A program made the position numbers and the translations under genes. DNA of 64,000 nt from Lingula anatina (lineage: Eukaryota > Animalia > Brachiopoda), in contig CM120647.1 in assembly GCA_051362555.1 (NCBI GenBank), forward strand, positions 19,568,651-19,632,650. Reading direction: 5' to 3'. Numbering within the stretch: position 1 is the first letter of the stretch; every line of letters starts with the position of its first letter. This document shows positions 40,023 to 54,917 of this stretch, piece after piece. The notes beneath the pieces were generated by a model, which worked only from the letters and a program-made list of their open reading frames with translations, was not told the DNA's origin and ran no database searches.

Positions 40023-41261
40023 AAGTACGTAAGTGTATGAGCATGTGTGTTTGTGTGTGATTCATAAGCCAAAAATTGTATATCAATTTGCTACTGAAAA
40101 GATAAATGTGTTTGTGTGTGATTTGAAAGCCAACAAAATGTAAAATTGTATATTAATTTGCTGCTGAATAAAAAACTTGTTTACGGAATGTTTCTATGAT
40201 ACAGATAATAAAAAAATTTACTTTCTAAATAGTAAAGCACTAAGTTTTCCAGCAAAATACACACAAACTAAAATGCAAGGTATGTTTCATCTGTGTCCCA
40301 TATGTAATATTCATCATGCTGTTAATTACCGTATTTGCTTGCCTTGGCAACAGATTTATCTAGCATCAAACCAGTCAGCAAGGCCCAGAACAGAGAACCC
40401 ACTTGGAACCAGGAATACACGTTCGTATACGCACTTACTGCAATATATTAGAAGTAATTATATTTACAGTTTCAGATGCGTCGGCTATTTTCCTAATAAA
40501 GGTAAAAACACGTGATTGGACATATTTTACAAACTTTTAGTCCCTCGGTAAGCTTTCTCAAAGAATGTAACTTGGATATCAAACAGAGAGAGAGAGAGAG
40601 AACATGCCATGGCCAATGAAAACAGTAGCATTAATGTCAATGAGTTACCTGTAATTTTGTCACCTTTGCCGTAAAAGTTGATCATTGCATGAAAACTGCC
40701 TTGATATGTGACAATAAGAGTTGTCTGACAAAGCAACCACAGCATCAGGATCCAAAAGGCAGGACTTCTGAGAATCAGTAGAAAGCCTTGAAGTGAGCTA
40801 GTGTCATGGCTTTCTATTTCCCTAGCCATGCGCACACTTCCGTCTACGAACTTTTCCTTGGTATTGGCATTGCTTTTTTGTTGACAAAAGGTGCTTTTCT
40901 CGACATCTAGATCGCTTTCCGTTTTTGTTCGTACATTTAAGTCGTCAGGTGTATATAATGCATTAGTAAAACCTTGTATATTTATTCGATGTTCGTAAAC
41001 CTCCTCATTTGTTACGCATTTACGGATCTTTAAACAACAGCCTATGTCAATGTTGTTTCCGTCGTCATCTTGTCTAGGTGGAAGGGTGATTGTGTTGACA
41101 GAGGACATAAGAAGTATGATACCAGCAAAAGTGAACATACAGGTTTTATACGAAACTCCGGCCTGGTACGCCAACTAGAACGGACCGTAAAAAATGTTAA
41201 CATGTTCATTAATGTCGTTTATTGCAATGAGTATTTTATCTAGGTCTATCTCATCGTTTAA

Positions 41262-41306
<45 letters not shown>

Positions 41307-41548
41307 AACTCACATTTTGAAAAACGGTCTTTATTTTCTCGCAGTCTTGCATGCTTCAATCTTGCTAACCTTTTCACGTGTATTATTTTACAGTTTACAC
41401 AGGACATTGTATCCGTTATAAGTGGTGTCGACTTATAAGCTGTTTTCACAACTGCGTCCCATCAAAATGAGATTTCCGTAGACATTCGTCACTAGCATAA
41501 GGTTTCATAACATTTAAAGGCTCACATAGAAACTCGTGTGCTTGTATA

Positions 41549-41593
<45 letters not shown>

Positions 41594-42982
41594 TGTGCCT
41601 GTGCCTTTGTATGAGCGATCTCACCTTTAACAAAATAGGAGCAAATCCACTGACATCAATAGCGCCGGAAACCAAACAGGTGAGCGTTGCTTGTGCCTTA
41701 GGAAATAACGTGGATACCTGAACGTCAGTTATAGCTAACTGAAGACCTCCAAGCAGGTGAAATACAGCCCCAGGGAATAGCAGGCATTCTGTTCCTATAA
41801 AAAAGCAAACTTCGACATTTCTTTATTCTTTAATACCATATATTTCTTCCCATTTCTGCATTTTTACAAATGCTTTCTGGTTCTATTAAAAAAATTGGAA
41901 CCTTGTTAAATTTATCATAATTATTCTGAATAGTATATTCCCTATTGAACTTTATAAGTTCATATTTATCACGCTTAAAATTCAATAATTGATAATTTTG
42001 TTTAATTTCGGTTTATTGATTTTTCAAACTATTAATATATTTGAGCTGAGGTCTCTTATACCCCCTTTACACTGGACGGCGTCCTTTCTGCGTCCTCTCT
42101 ACGACCATGAAATTTGGCATCGCTGTGGTCTTAATAAGGAGGGACGAGCATTAATTTTGTATCAGAATGAATGCTCAATGATCGGCCAGTTGTCGGCACG
42201 TAAAATATTATAATTTTTAAACTCTCAAATGGGGCCGGATTGCTGGACGCAGAAAGGACGCCGTCCAGTGTAAAGGGGGCTTTAGCAAAAGTATAAAAGC
42301 GAAAGTCTGTAACTGGGACGCGATCGAGCTGAGAAAAAATGGTCGGGGCTAGGGGCAGTTACTGGTAGGTTAATTATTTCGCCTGCAGTAAATGTACTCG
42401 TCTTGTCTGTGACTGAAGAAAAAAACAAACAAACAAACAAAAAAACAAACAAACAAACACAATCTTCTAAATGACAATGAGAACGAAGAAGAAAGAAAGA
42501 GAAATGCCTACACTTTATACAAATCCCCTTAGATATCTTTTTCAAAAATAGCTGCTTGGTTTGGAGGGTCGCGTTGGCGAGGAGACAGTAGAGAGTACCC
42601 GTTTCACAAGATATATTTTTACATGTCACCCTTGACTCTGTGTGACCCCGGCGCCAGTTACAATTTAACTTATTGTTTTCAATACTCTGTCTTTATCGTA
42701 GTGACTCTCTCTCTCTCTCTCTCTCTTAGGCAGTAAAGGTGTTATCTCAAATCCGGGATTGGCACCCACCCTTCTTCCGAAGGTAAAATATTTCGATTAG
42801 AATGTTAACTAGACTTTTTGTTATGTAGATTGTTTCGAGTTAACGTGTACATTTTCAGGAAATACCCTATGCTGTTTTCGTACCTTTTTCCGCTGAACCC
42901 ACCAAGAAAAATCCACCAGCACACATCCATCTTTAAGAAAACAAAAGCTTCTCTGTTATACATTTTGTAATTATTTATCTAT

Positions 42983-43019
<37 letters not shown>

Positions 43020-43074
43020 CTGATTACACGTAGCAGGTGTCAACTTGAAGTTAGATCGATTCATGTAGACCGAT

Positions 43075-43110
<36 letters not shown>

Positions 43111-43552
43111 GGAATGGGTTATAATTCACTCAAGTAAATTGCAAACTAAATAAACATACCTCGTTGGACATTGCCTTCTTATCCACTTACATACAGAGGA
43201 TCCTCACAAAAACTGTTCCACAGTGATCATAAATATACCCAAGCACGGGGAAAGACATCAAACCAATGATAGCAACGGTGTAAACCAGGTTCAGCAGCTC
43301 TTCTTGCTCAGTACACTCTTGAACTCGGGGGCCTCCGGCTGCTTTGTTGGTGCAGTTACTAGTAGCAAGCTTGAGACCGTTACAATGAGAACTATTGGTT
43401 ACAGAATCAAAATAACATCGATCACCGTAAAATCCTTCCTCTATGAATATATACAAGAGCGCTGGCCAGCCGAATAACGTGACTGAGTAGAGAGCAGCCT
43501 CCGAGATGCCAAGGAGGGTACAGAATAGTTTCCAACACGTGGATTGTGCCAT
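39146..43552 (-). pseudogene. SLC43A3: SLC43A3-like copy E, 3'-truncated (exons 1-6 intact, exon 7 broken, exon 8 absent; ~476 aa if translated)
   Basis: Exons 43552-43191, 42930-42884, 41794-41625, 41174-40649, 40437-40330, 39637-39469 are open. Exon 7 starts at 39194 (LPKEYLGKAF), then homology stops and TAG follows at 39148-39146. No SLESDPLW or exon 8 found before copy D. Confidence 0.7.
42059..42281. mobile_element. PIF/Harbinger-like MITE (223 bp) with TTA target duplication in intron 2 of copy E
   Basis: 35-bp perfect inverted repeat ccccctttacactggacggcgtcctttctgcgtcc; TTA on both sides; empty site gaggtatcttagcaaaag at ~30712-30729. Confidence 0.8.
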
Positions 43553-44649
43553 ATCTTAAATCCTGTGCAAATTAAAGAAGAAAATATCCTGGCCTGGGTT
43601 TATAATGTCCACTGCTTTGTGATAGCGCTTCACTTTGATTTATTAGTCTTGTTTCAAAGTAACACACAAATATTTATGTCCAGGGACAGTTGAAAGTAGA
43701 AATAACATTTTGACCTCTGCGCATAAAATATAGTCAGGAAAGTTGATAAATGCACTTCATTGCAAGACAGACCTAATAGATTTACAGCACGCAAGAATCT
43801 TCTTTATCTAATTCTTGTAAGTCCGCTGACCTCGGATCTAGATGCGGACAGTGGAGAGATCCTGGTTTTAAGATCAGTCAGGTGTGTGTAGAGGGACAGT
43901 ACCCCGGGGAGACTATTTCGGTCTGCGTGCCAGGCCTGTAGTCGGTGTGCAATAAATAAAGAAGTGCACGTAACACTGGCTGCTGTGATCGCTTCCTATC
44001 AGTCACCCCAGAACTCAGTAACCAACCCCGTCTACAAACATATCCCATCGGGAAAAATGCGTGGGAATAATTTCAGAATTTTTGGTATAGTTATCCGTAC
44101 GCTGGGCAAAGTATATTATTTAAAAATGAGCAAAAATACACCCGTCATTTGATTGAAATGCTAATGTTTGATCCATGTATCCTCCTACTGACTGTCATTT
44201 CAAATTAAATATTTTGCAATGAAAACATTTTTTGCACTCGCTCAATGTGTAATGGTTTGGGGCGAGTTTTCATTTCACCATCTCAATTCACCTTTTCATT
44301 ATCAATGGCAATTTCATCGGTAAAGAGCTGGAATTATGACACAGCTTGTAATTATAGTATGCAATTTTATTTTGAATCATACACTGCGCATAAAACAGCA
44401 TTAACTTAAAAGGTAGAAGTTAACAAATCTCTTTAGGCTGGTGCATATCTAACAAGTCATATATTAATAAACCTATATAATTTGAGGATAGGAGGAATAC
44501 AAACATATCAGCTCGACAGAAATGTCTGTAGGTTTTGGTAGACAGAAGGTATATCGACCCTCTAGCCACGAAGTAATATTAATAGTACACGGTGGCTACA
44601 TCTACAGTCTATGCGGCCATTTGTAAAGTCCCCTTTTCTGGTTGTGATC

Positions 44650-47600
44650 TTATTGAGGCGTGTAATTGTCAGACTTCGTGGTGCGACACCGACGCCAGAG
44701 GAGGTAAAAAGGCAGACAGTTGGCGGTGAAGCATAATCCAAGGAACAGCACTCCCAACTGTAAAAAAAAGTATCAGGCAAGTTGTCATCATTTTAGTGAC
44801 CTACTTTGAATCAAAGTATTTGATCGGTTATATTTTTTTGTGAAAATGAATATTATTTTTAAATACTCGGTAGTCAAATGTAAATTTGGAAATGTCCACT
44901 ATGTTTCTTGCGCAATGATTCCCCCACACATTTACCCACGTAACTCCCAAAATTAATTTATTTCTATATTGCCCGATCTAATAGAATGCGACTGCTCTAA
45001 ATACTTACCCAGAGTGGGTCACTTTCTAGGCTGTGCTTATACCAGGAAAATACTGGTAGTTCAATAAATGTGAAAATATACACAATGCTTAATTGTGTTC
45101 CCAATGCCTTCCCAAAATGTTCCTTTGGGAACCTATAATTTTAATGATTTAATTTATGTTAATGTTAATTTTTATGTTTTAATCTATCATCTCTACGGTT
45201 TACATGTATGTAGGGTTTTACATGTACTTTAAATATATTTTTATCACAAATTTAGTCCGTGAGTGCTACATGCTTGTTACATCTGACTTAAATTTTTGGC
45301 AGCCGATTTATTTTTTATCCAAATACAGTGAAACTAGAAGGTTGAAACAAATCCATGTACACATTGGTGAGATGCAAAACCAAATCTACATGTACTTACG
45401 CGGAGGTCATGAATGTCAAATGTAAAGCATGCGTCCCGGTTTTCAACAAAGAGTGAAACAAAATGGCCACAAATTGTAGCTCGACAATGGGGATGATACA
45501 TGCTATGGATACAAGGAATCCCGTCAAAACTGTGAGGAAAAATGGAACCACGAAGCATCCCTCTTTGTCTGAAACATACAATAACTTCAGAACGTGAATC
45601 ATTTTTGCAGTTGTTTGATACTATTAAACCATATTCATTATCAAGATCTTGAAAACTCAACAAACTCTTATTTAGTACAAAAGCGTTGCATGAAAGCTAG
45701 CTCCTAACTATGATAGGTCACAAGGAAACTGTAGGCATGTCATTTAACAAAACGCAGCGACCGTTGTGGCTACTTTTTTCCATGATATATTGGATGTCTA
45801 ATTAGGCAAAATGCGTAGATAACATTCTTGTTCGATTGAAGAACAAAGATATCTCCGATGTCTCGATTGGATGATCAGCGGTAGTAGCATCGTGCGGAAA
45901 AATCACGTCATTACCTTGCTTGGTTTTCCCGGCAACAAGCTTATCCAGCATCAAACCAGTCAGCAAGGCCCAAAACAAAGAACCCACTTGGAACCAGGAA
46001 TACACGTCCGTATACGTACTTACTGTAATATAATTTGGATTCAATAAAATATTCATTCAGTTGCTTCTTGCGTTAAGGTGGTTGATCACTGTAGACATCA
46101 GAAAAAAATTAAATAGATAGAGAAAGATAGGTAATGAAAACATAAGTATAAAGAAATTACCTTTGTTTTTGATATTGTTTCCGTAGTAATTGATCATCGT
46201 GTAAAAATAACCTTGATATGTAATAATAAGAGTTTCCTGACACAAATACCACAGCATCAGTATCCAAAATGTATGGTTTTTGAGAATCACTAGCGTGTCA
46301 CCCAGTGAACCAGATGCAGTGCTTTTGGCATCTTTGCTTACTGAGTTTTCTCCTTTGCACGCCATCTGCTTTCTTCCGTCAACACGTGTTTCTTTCTGAT
46401 CGGTTTTGTTCTTCTGTTGATAGCAGGGAAAATAACTAGCAGTTTGGTGGCCGGAGATTTCATCCTTGTCCTCCCTGGCTTCCTCCTCTTTTGCTTTAGC
46501 GTTGCCTGTCAAAACTGTGATGACCCTTTTTGTGGAGTGAACACCAGTGGTTTGTTGGTGTACGGAACTGTCAGATTCCGTGTTCGGCCCGATGCTTACA
46601 TCATCGGGTGTGTATGCTTCATTTGACCGCGCTTGTTCCAAAATACAATGATGATCAGACGTCTCATTTGTTGCAGGTTCGTTCACGTCAGATTGGTTGG
46701 CATTTTTGCATATACTAGTGTTCCGTTTACATGCTTCTTTAGTGCCGCTGTGTCGTTTGCAAATTTTGAAACAACAAGCTATGTCAATGTTCTTTCCGTC
46801 CTCATCCTGTCTAGGTGGAAGGGTGTTTGTGTTGACAGAAGACAAAAGAAGTATGATACCGGAAAAGGTGAACATGCACGTTTTGTACGAAATTCCTGCC
46901 TGGTAGGCCAACTAGAATTAAATGAATTTTTGGTGAAATTTGAAAGCTTAGACGAACGCCGATATGCAATATAAAAGGTATCATTCTATGATACCACCCC
47001 AGGTATTGTTAATGTTTTTTACTTTAAGGAAGAATGCTTTTAGTTTTTCAGAACGGTTTCTGTGAATATAGGTATAACTGGCTAAATTTAATTTGTTAAT
47101 AAAGTTGTTTAACCCTACAAAACAACATTTGCATAAGTGCTTCAGGCTTCAAAACGCTCATTAGACAAATAGCACACAATAATTCACACGCACACAAAAT
47201 GAATGCATTACCTTTATCAGAATAGGAGCGAAAGCACTGACGTCTGCGGCACCGGCAATAAGACATATAAGTGTTGCCTTTAGCTTAGGAAATAGTCCAG
47301 CCACTTGGATGTCAGTTATTGCCAACTGGAGCCCCCCGATCTGGTGGAATACTGCCCCAGGGAATAACATCCACTCTGTTCCTATAAAAATTAAATGATG
47401 TCAATGTGTCTATGCGGCCATATAGGATTCTACATGTTTCCCTTGTTTTTTTTTTTTTCAGGACTGATAGCATGATGCTTCAGAGACTACAAGAAAATGC
47501 AAGGTGAAAAAATAACCTCAGTTGAAATTTAGTTCTGATTTACCCCAGAATTTAGTATGGCTCTTGCATTCTTCATAATATGAAGAGGAAATATGCATGG

Positions 47601-48426
47601 ATAAATAAATTAATTGTATCATGGTCTGCAAAGTGGAGCAAATATGCAGTACATTGTGGCAGACGATTTCTACCATACAATATAATGAAAAAAGGGTTAG
47701 GAGAAATTCTTCTCGTTCCCCATCTCATTGTTTGAGCATAAAAGTAGCATTAATGTAATCTTATCTCTAGGCATCATACGCAGAGTCTTAATACTGAATA
47801 CTTAAATTATCAAGAGTATAAGACATCATTCATCCCAATTTATGTTTTTTTTTCTGATTTCATCATTACTGGCATGGGGTGCTTTTTACACATATTGTGA
47901 CGAGTATAATATTTCAATTATGTATCGCTAGAATCAGTTTTGTAACATTAACTTACCTCTCTCAGCTAATGCCATCAGTAAAAATCCACCGGCGCACATG
48001 CATCTTAAAGGAAATGAGATTTAACCAATCGTTTCGGCATCCCTTGAACTAACCACTCGATTCCCTTAAGATTCTTTTTAGGCTTTTTGTGATTGGTGAT
48101 CTATCCCTATAGTTCGGCAAGTAATTTTCGTCAGCTGCGCATTGGTCATTAATACAGCCATTCCAGAAAAGGGTTACCAATATGACCGAAATGCTTACCG
48201 TAGCTTATAAGTAATTAAGGCGTGTGGGATTTAACATTTAAGGTTTTTACATCAGGATGCCATGGGTTCCACATAAAACTGCATACAAATAAAAATAAAT
48301 TAAAAAAATAAATTAAATAAACATCTATAGTCACCAAATGCACAATTTCTACTTGCCGTTTTAGCAATATAGAGTCTATTATGCAACTTTATGTAATATT
48401 TTGTATTTAAGTGGAGATAGATACCC

Positions 48427-48517
<91 letters not shown>

Positions 48518-48937
48518 CAATGATAGGACGAATCAGGCCCGCTAATTGCTGTACTCACAGTATACTTACATAGATAGGATTCTCACACAAACCGTCCCAC
48601 AGTGATCATAGATATAACCAAGTACTAAGACAGCCACAAAACCGATCATGGCAACCGTGTAAACCAGATTCAGCATTTCTTCCTGCTCAGTGCACTTTTG
48701 AACGAGGCTGTCTTCGACCGTTTCTCGTGTGCAATTACCGTGAAGCGTACAAGTATGATCCGCGGTGCTAATGCTAGCATTAATTGCAGAATTAAGATGG
48801 CACAGAGAATAGTAAAACTTTTCCTCTATGAATAAATACACATATGCTGGCCACCCAAAGAACGTTGCTGAGTAGAGAGCAGTCTCTAGGATACCAAGTA
48901 CGGCACAGAATAGTTTCCAACACGTGGATTGTGCCAT
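44650..48937 (-). CDS. SLC43A3: SLC43A3-like transporter, copy F (8 exons, ~614 aa, longest central loop)
   Basis: Exons 48937-48570, 48003-47957, 47381-47212, 46911-46161, 46022-45915, 45568-45400, 45132-45009, 44757-44650; 1845 nt in frame; FPKEHFGK motif. Confidence 0.85.
48429..48513. repeat. Compound (TA)n(GA)n microsatellite in intron 1 of copy F
   Basis: Direct observation. Confidence 0.9.
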
Positions 48938-49983
48938 GCTGCCCGACGCAAATTGGATGCTAGTGAGTAAATATCTTAACTTGGAATGCACCCACGTTAC
49001 TTATAGTTACTCAGCAACTTGAAAATAAGCTGTACGTATCATTCGATGTCTTTGCTATACTGTTTTATCTAGCCTGTCGTGTGGTCATATTTCACACTAC
49101 CCCTTTTGGTTGGCTATTAGGTCTTATATGTTAACTGAGTCACTTGAATGCGCAATTACTCCTTTGTGTGATATTAATTCCCAATTCAACCAGAGATTTG
49201 TGCCATTAAAACGAAATGGTTCTACAAACTGCTGTTAGAGACAACTTAAAGCATTCCAACCTTCATTTTAATGACAGACATACATGACAAATAACATGGT
49301 GTCTCCGGCTTTAATTAGATGAACACACAAACTTAACTACAGCAGTTCTGTAACTATCATTACACTACCTATAACAAACTACACAGTCCTGTATACTTCC
49401 TGGCATCCCGTTAATTTTTTTATTTATTATTTTTATTTTTTGCATATTACCAGATTTAAACATCGATGTCTAAAGGTCTCTTTATTTCCTTGATACATAC
49501 ATGTACATACACCGAATTATACATATATTTGACATGGTTAACGTAATTGCTGACATTCCTGGTGAAAACCAAGAGGGTAGCAAATAAAACGGTGTCTTTA
49601 GTGAGGGCAACACTGCGATTTCTTTTCTTTATATCGTGAAACATTCAAATAATTAGATGTAAACAAATGTATATGAGCTGGTGCCTATGCACGTACACGT
49701 ACTAGTGTGTATCTCAGAAATACTCGCCGTAAGCATGTTTAGACGTAGTTCGGATAAGTTTGCTTAATTTTCTAATCATCAACAAATAATATGTGCCTGT
49801 ATATTAATGTAGTTTTCGATTGAGGGTATGTTACATTTACCAGGCAGTTCCATGATTTGAACGTCTTGGTGAAGAGGTGTTCTCTGTGGCAAGCTAAGGG
49901 TCAGCAACCTCTAAACCACGCGTCTTGTCCGAAGACGCTTGATGTACCCTGAAGCCATTGCTACTCCTGTTCTGACTGGGAAT

Positions 49984-50662
49984 TTAAAGTGTGTAACTGT
50001 AAGACCTCGTGGAGCGACACCGACGCCAAAGGAGGTAGAAAGGCAAACAGCTGGCGGTGAGACAAATTCCAAGGAGCAATACTCCCAACTGGAAAAATTA
50101 AACAAAATTGTTTTTATCACGCCGAGTTGTTTCCATTGTTGCACTATAAATCAAAGTATCCGAATTCGTGAAAATAGATATTTTCAAACGATCGGAAATC
50201 AACCGGTACTTGGGGAAAGTAAAGTGATTCCACTGTGGGTTTTGTGTGGTTTATTTTTATTGTGAAGCGCGCCGCCATCTGCCCCTTTACAGGTAATTAC
50301 AGCTGTTCCGCACTATCCAGAAAGCCTGAACTGATTGGATAATAATAAGTGATAAAGATTCGACCACACACTAAAGACCTTATGGCATTTGATTCTATAT
50401 TACGTGATCTAATAGAATGTAACGGTTCTCATACGTACCCAGAGTGGATCACTTTCCAGGCTGTACTTATACCAGGCGAATATTGGTAGTTCAATAAAGG
50501 TGAACAAACACCCGACACCAACTTGTATTCCGTAGGTCTTCCCGAAATGTTCCTTTGGAAACCTATAATTTGAATGTTTTGATGCCATAGGTCAGTCATA
50601 CATCTGTCATACATCTGTACTGTGTAGGGCGTGCTTTGCGTTGATGTCTTTCTACAAAGTAG

Positions 50663-50696
<34 letters not shown>

Positions 50697-53600
50697 AGAC
50701 ATACGTGCGTGATTCTTTATAATATGACCCTAGAATTTGGGCCACCAATTCGATTTTCTAAAACAAAGAAGCCTATAGGCGGAAATACATGCGCGCAGAC
50801 TGTGTCACCAAATCTACTTACGCTATTGCTACATATGCCATATGCACGGCATAACTCCCGGTTTTCAACATAGAATGAAACATAATGGCCACAAACTGCA
50901 TTTCGATAAACGGGATGATGCATGCAATGGAGGCGATGAATCCTGCCAAAACTGTGAGGAAAAATGGAACCACGAAGCATCGCTCTTTGTCTGAAATATA
51001 CATGTATGATGGTATCAGTACGTGGACCATATACTCGCTTCTCCAATATGCTTCTATCATACTGCTAATCTACTGCATTAATGCTCCTCTCTGTACAAAC
51101 CTATGTACTTTTTGGTACTTTTTGGAGTAGAATTGCAGTAGGCTATACTGCATTTCTATTGCAAATATGCTCCACACCACTACTGCGTTAATGATTCTTT
51201 GCTACTTCGATACTGCTGCATTTTCGTGCGGGATCCGCTACGGAATTTTGTCCCATTAAAGCTGGCTTACTTTTCTCAACCTGTCCTAGCTAGAACATAA
51301 TATATCTCTCTTTTAATGACTTAAATTGTTCTAGGACATTCTGAAGGACTTTCCAAAATTAGTTCACGAACTGTTACATTAATTGCAGAACAAATGTAAG
51401 AACTGTAAAAAGTACACCAAATGTTCGACAATAGATTGAGAACCATTTGTGAACGTTAATGCGAAAGGGATCCGTTGCAGATATAACCCTAAAATTAACT
51501 AAAATTGAAGGAAACCATACTTATAGGAGAGAACACTTCTCCATGATAGAAAGCGTATATATGATCGGTATATAATCGTTAAAAAAGAAACACGTAACTC
51601 TTCGACCAATTAATATTACATTCATGTTAATTACCGTCTGTGGTTGCCCTGGAAACAAGTTTGTCCAACATCAAACCAGTCAGCAAAGCCCAAAACAGAG
51701 AACCCATTTGGAACCAGGAATACACGTCCGTATACGTACTAACTGTAATGCAATAAAAGTTCAGTGATTTTTGTTGTTCAGTAGATTTTTGTTGTTAATT
51801 GTGTTATGATAGTGAAAAGTAAAGGACGTATGCATTCCATTTTAAAAATGCTTATGAAGCAAACCAGTTACAATGATAATATCCAAGTAAATCAATTACC
51901 TTTATTTTTGACATTATTTCCATAGTAATTGATCATAGAGTAAAAACTGCCTTGATAAGTGACAATGATTGTATTTTGGCACAAAAACCACAGCATCAAG
52001 ACCCAAAATGCTGGGAGTTTGAGGATCAGTAGCGTGTCATGTAGGAAACAGTTGTTAGCACTTTCGCCATTTTCCTTGCTTAGAGAGTTTTCTATTTCGC
52101 ACGATATCTGCTCAATTCCGTCGACTTGCATTTGTGTATGATTGATATTATTTTTATTTTGACAACTGGTGCCATTATTAAAATCATGATGACCAATAAT
52201 GCCATCGTTTTTTTCCCGAGTTACATCTCCATCTGGTTTCACTTTACTTGCTAACTCTGGAGTGGGACTTCCAATGGAACGAACACCACATTTTGATTCT
52301 GTGCTTACATCACCAGGTATGTATGCTACGTTCGTCCAACCTTGCTCTAAAGCCTGATGACCTTTATGCTTCTCGTTTGCTTTAGGTACATGTTTGGCGT
52401 TTGTACAAGTGCTGGTGTATGGTTTAGACGGTTCTTTGGTTGCGATTTGGCTTTTGAGTATTTTAAAACAACAAGCTATGTCAATATTATTTCCGTCGTC
52501 ATCCTGTCTAGGTGGAAGGGTGATTGTGTTGACAGAAGATATAACAAGTATGATTCCGGCAAAGGTGAACATGCTCGTTTTATACGAAACTCCGGTCTGG
52601 TAGGCCATCTGCAATTTGTTAAAAAAATGTGACATTAAAAATCTAGTTTATTCAAAGAAAGATATATTCAAAACTGCAGAATTTCAAATTAGTAGGAGTT
52701 TCATACATTATGAAGACCGCGTAGTCGTAGATGCCAACAACAGCAATGATATGAATGATAAAAAGTAATATTTTTATAGGGGGGTTATTAAAAAAAAAGT
52801 CTTTCATGAAAGCTACTTTTCTTTCCATAGAAAACTTTCCGCAACTGTTATTTTTCACTAGATATATTAGGTTGTACCATATCAAAGCAGTAATTACCGA
52901 TGTGTTCGTCGAGTTTTAGAACATTTCTGCGACAATTAGCATACACGCATATACATGAATTACCTTTAACAGAATAGGAGCAAAACCACTGACGTCTGCG
53001 GCACCGGAAACCAGACATATGAGTGTTGCCTTTAGCTTAGGAAATAATCCGGCCACTTGGACGTCAGTTATGTCCAACTGGACGCCTCCCATCATGTGGA
53101 ATGCAGCCCCAGGAAATAACAGCCATTCTGTTCCTATGAAAATGTTAAATGCCCCAATCGTGATTATTGGCCCAATTTTTTGGTCTGCATTGTCCCGGAA
53201 TTAATACTTTAATAACTTCATTTGGATTTTCTGGTCATTATTTACAGTTTATTTATAAGAACTGCAGCTAAATTAGAAAAATCTATAACCCTGAGAAATG
53301 GAGTGTTTCCCTGGTCATGTATAAGGCTCTCTGCCATTTGGAATGTTTATTTTTTTGGTAGTAATCTTTGCAAGCATGTGTATTACCTCACGCTGATTGC
53401 TTTGATTGATTTAGAATATTTCCAATGGATATCATGATAAATATTTTATATTCTCTTACCTCTCTCAGCTAATGCCATCAGGAAGAATCCACCAGCACAC
53501 AGAAATCTTTTTGAAAAAATATAAACTTTATAACCAAACTATTGTTATGACCAATACATCGCACAAAATTAGCATTTTATTTGGCCACTATAACCTGTCA

Positions 53601-54917
53601 ACTTCTTTCGAAGGCATAACATCAATGAAGCGGCCATAGTATTTATCAATTTTTTGTAGGTGTTATTTTGGTCCCATTTATCCTGCAAGCACAGGGTTTT
53701 CCGATTGAATAGTTGCAGCTTTGATAAAACACAAAATATATATATTTTTTCAGATATATTTCTATCTTTTATATATATATCTTATATACTTTATATAATA
53801 TTAAACTCAGACAGCAAGATGCAGGTGTCTTCGTATCGCATGCTATCACAGTCGTTCGTTCATCCCGTAGCAACCAACAATAAATACCAGCAAATCAGTA
53901 GATGTAGAATTACTGGTAGGTGCACGAAAAATTCTTTATAGGTACTTTGATGATAAAAAATCTAGTCTGTGTACTTAAGCGACAGCTAAAATCAGAACCA
54001 TTCCCACTACAATGTCACAATATCTCACATGACACCGTTGCAGGCTGTGAGGTTACCCGAGTCATCTCTGACGCCTGTATATACATGAAAGAATGTAGTG
54101 AACCCTCTTCCCTTTCGTCAGTTATATATAAGACATGGCATATATAAGACAGACAAATGTCAGATAGGCTTTGTCCTTTATGTTTAGACTTGCTCGTTTG
54201 GCCTTTAGTTACAGCTTCCGGGACTTTGAGGGGCTGATATCTAGGTTCTGTCTGTCTCTCGGATATGGCCTCTACACATTTCTGTGGAGTTACATTGAGT
54301 AGGGGACGGGAGGAAACGTACTCATAGATAGAGGTTACCACGAAACATAAATGTTTACCCTTATTCGTCTTTTCAGGTGAAACTGGACTAGTAATAATTC
54401 TGATTTTAGCTGTTGTTAAATATTCTATTGCCTCAAGTTCGTGCATTTGTAGTACAATGTGGACAGACTGTGAAGACAACGGATAAAAACTTCACGCTAT
54501 AATTATAACACCAGTCACCTTAAACGTATCAGCTGTGTAGTGATGTACTTACATGGATAGGATCCTCACACAAACTGTCCCGCAGTGATCATAGATATAC
54601 CCCAACACGGGAAGAGACGCTGAGCAGATTATAGCGACGGTGTAAACAAGATTTAGCATCTCTTCTTGCTCATTGCACTTTTTAACGTGATCTGCATCAT
54701 GTTCTTCTGTACAATTCCCCAGAGCAGTACAGGCATGTTCTACCGTGTCAATGCTAGCATTCACTCTGGGATCAAAGTGACAACGGGAGTAGTAAAATTT
54801 TTCCTCGATGAATATATACACAAATGCTGGCCATCCGAATAACGTAAAAGAGTAAACCGCCGCTTCTAAGATTCCGAAGGCAGTGCAGAATAATTTCCAA
54901 CACGTTGTTCGTGTCAT
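49984..54917 (-). CDS. SLC43A3: SLC43A3-like transporter, copy G (8 exons, ~598 aa)
   Basis: Exons 54917-54553, 53506-53460, 53133-52964, 52608-51900, 51742-51635, 50990-50822, 50562-50439, 50088-49984; 1797 nt in frame. Confidence 0.85.

Noticed and set aside
54015-54479. 154-aa minus-strand ORF in intron 1 of G
   Set aside because: No motif, absent from H, non-ATG start; probably inserted repeat sequence.
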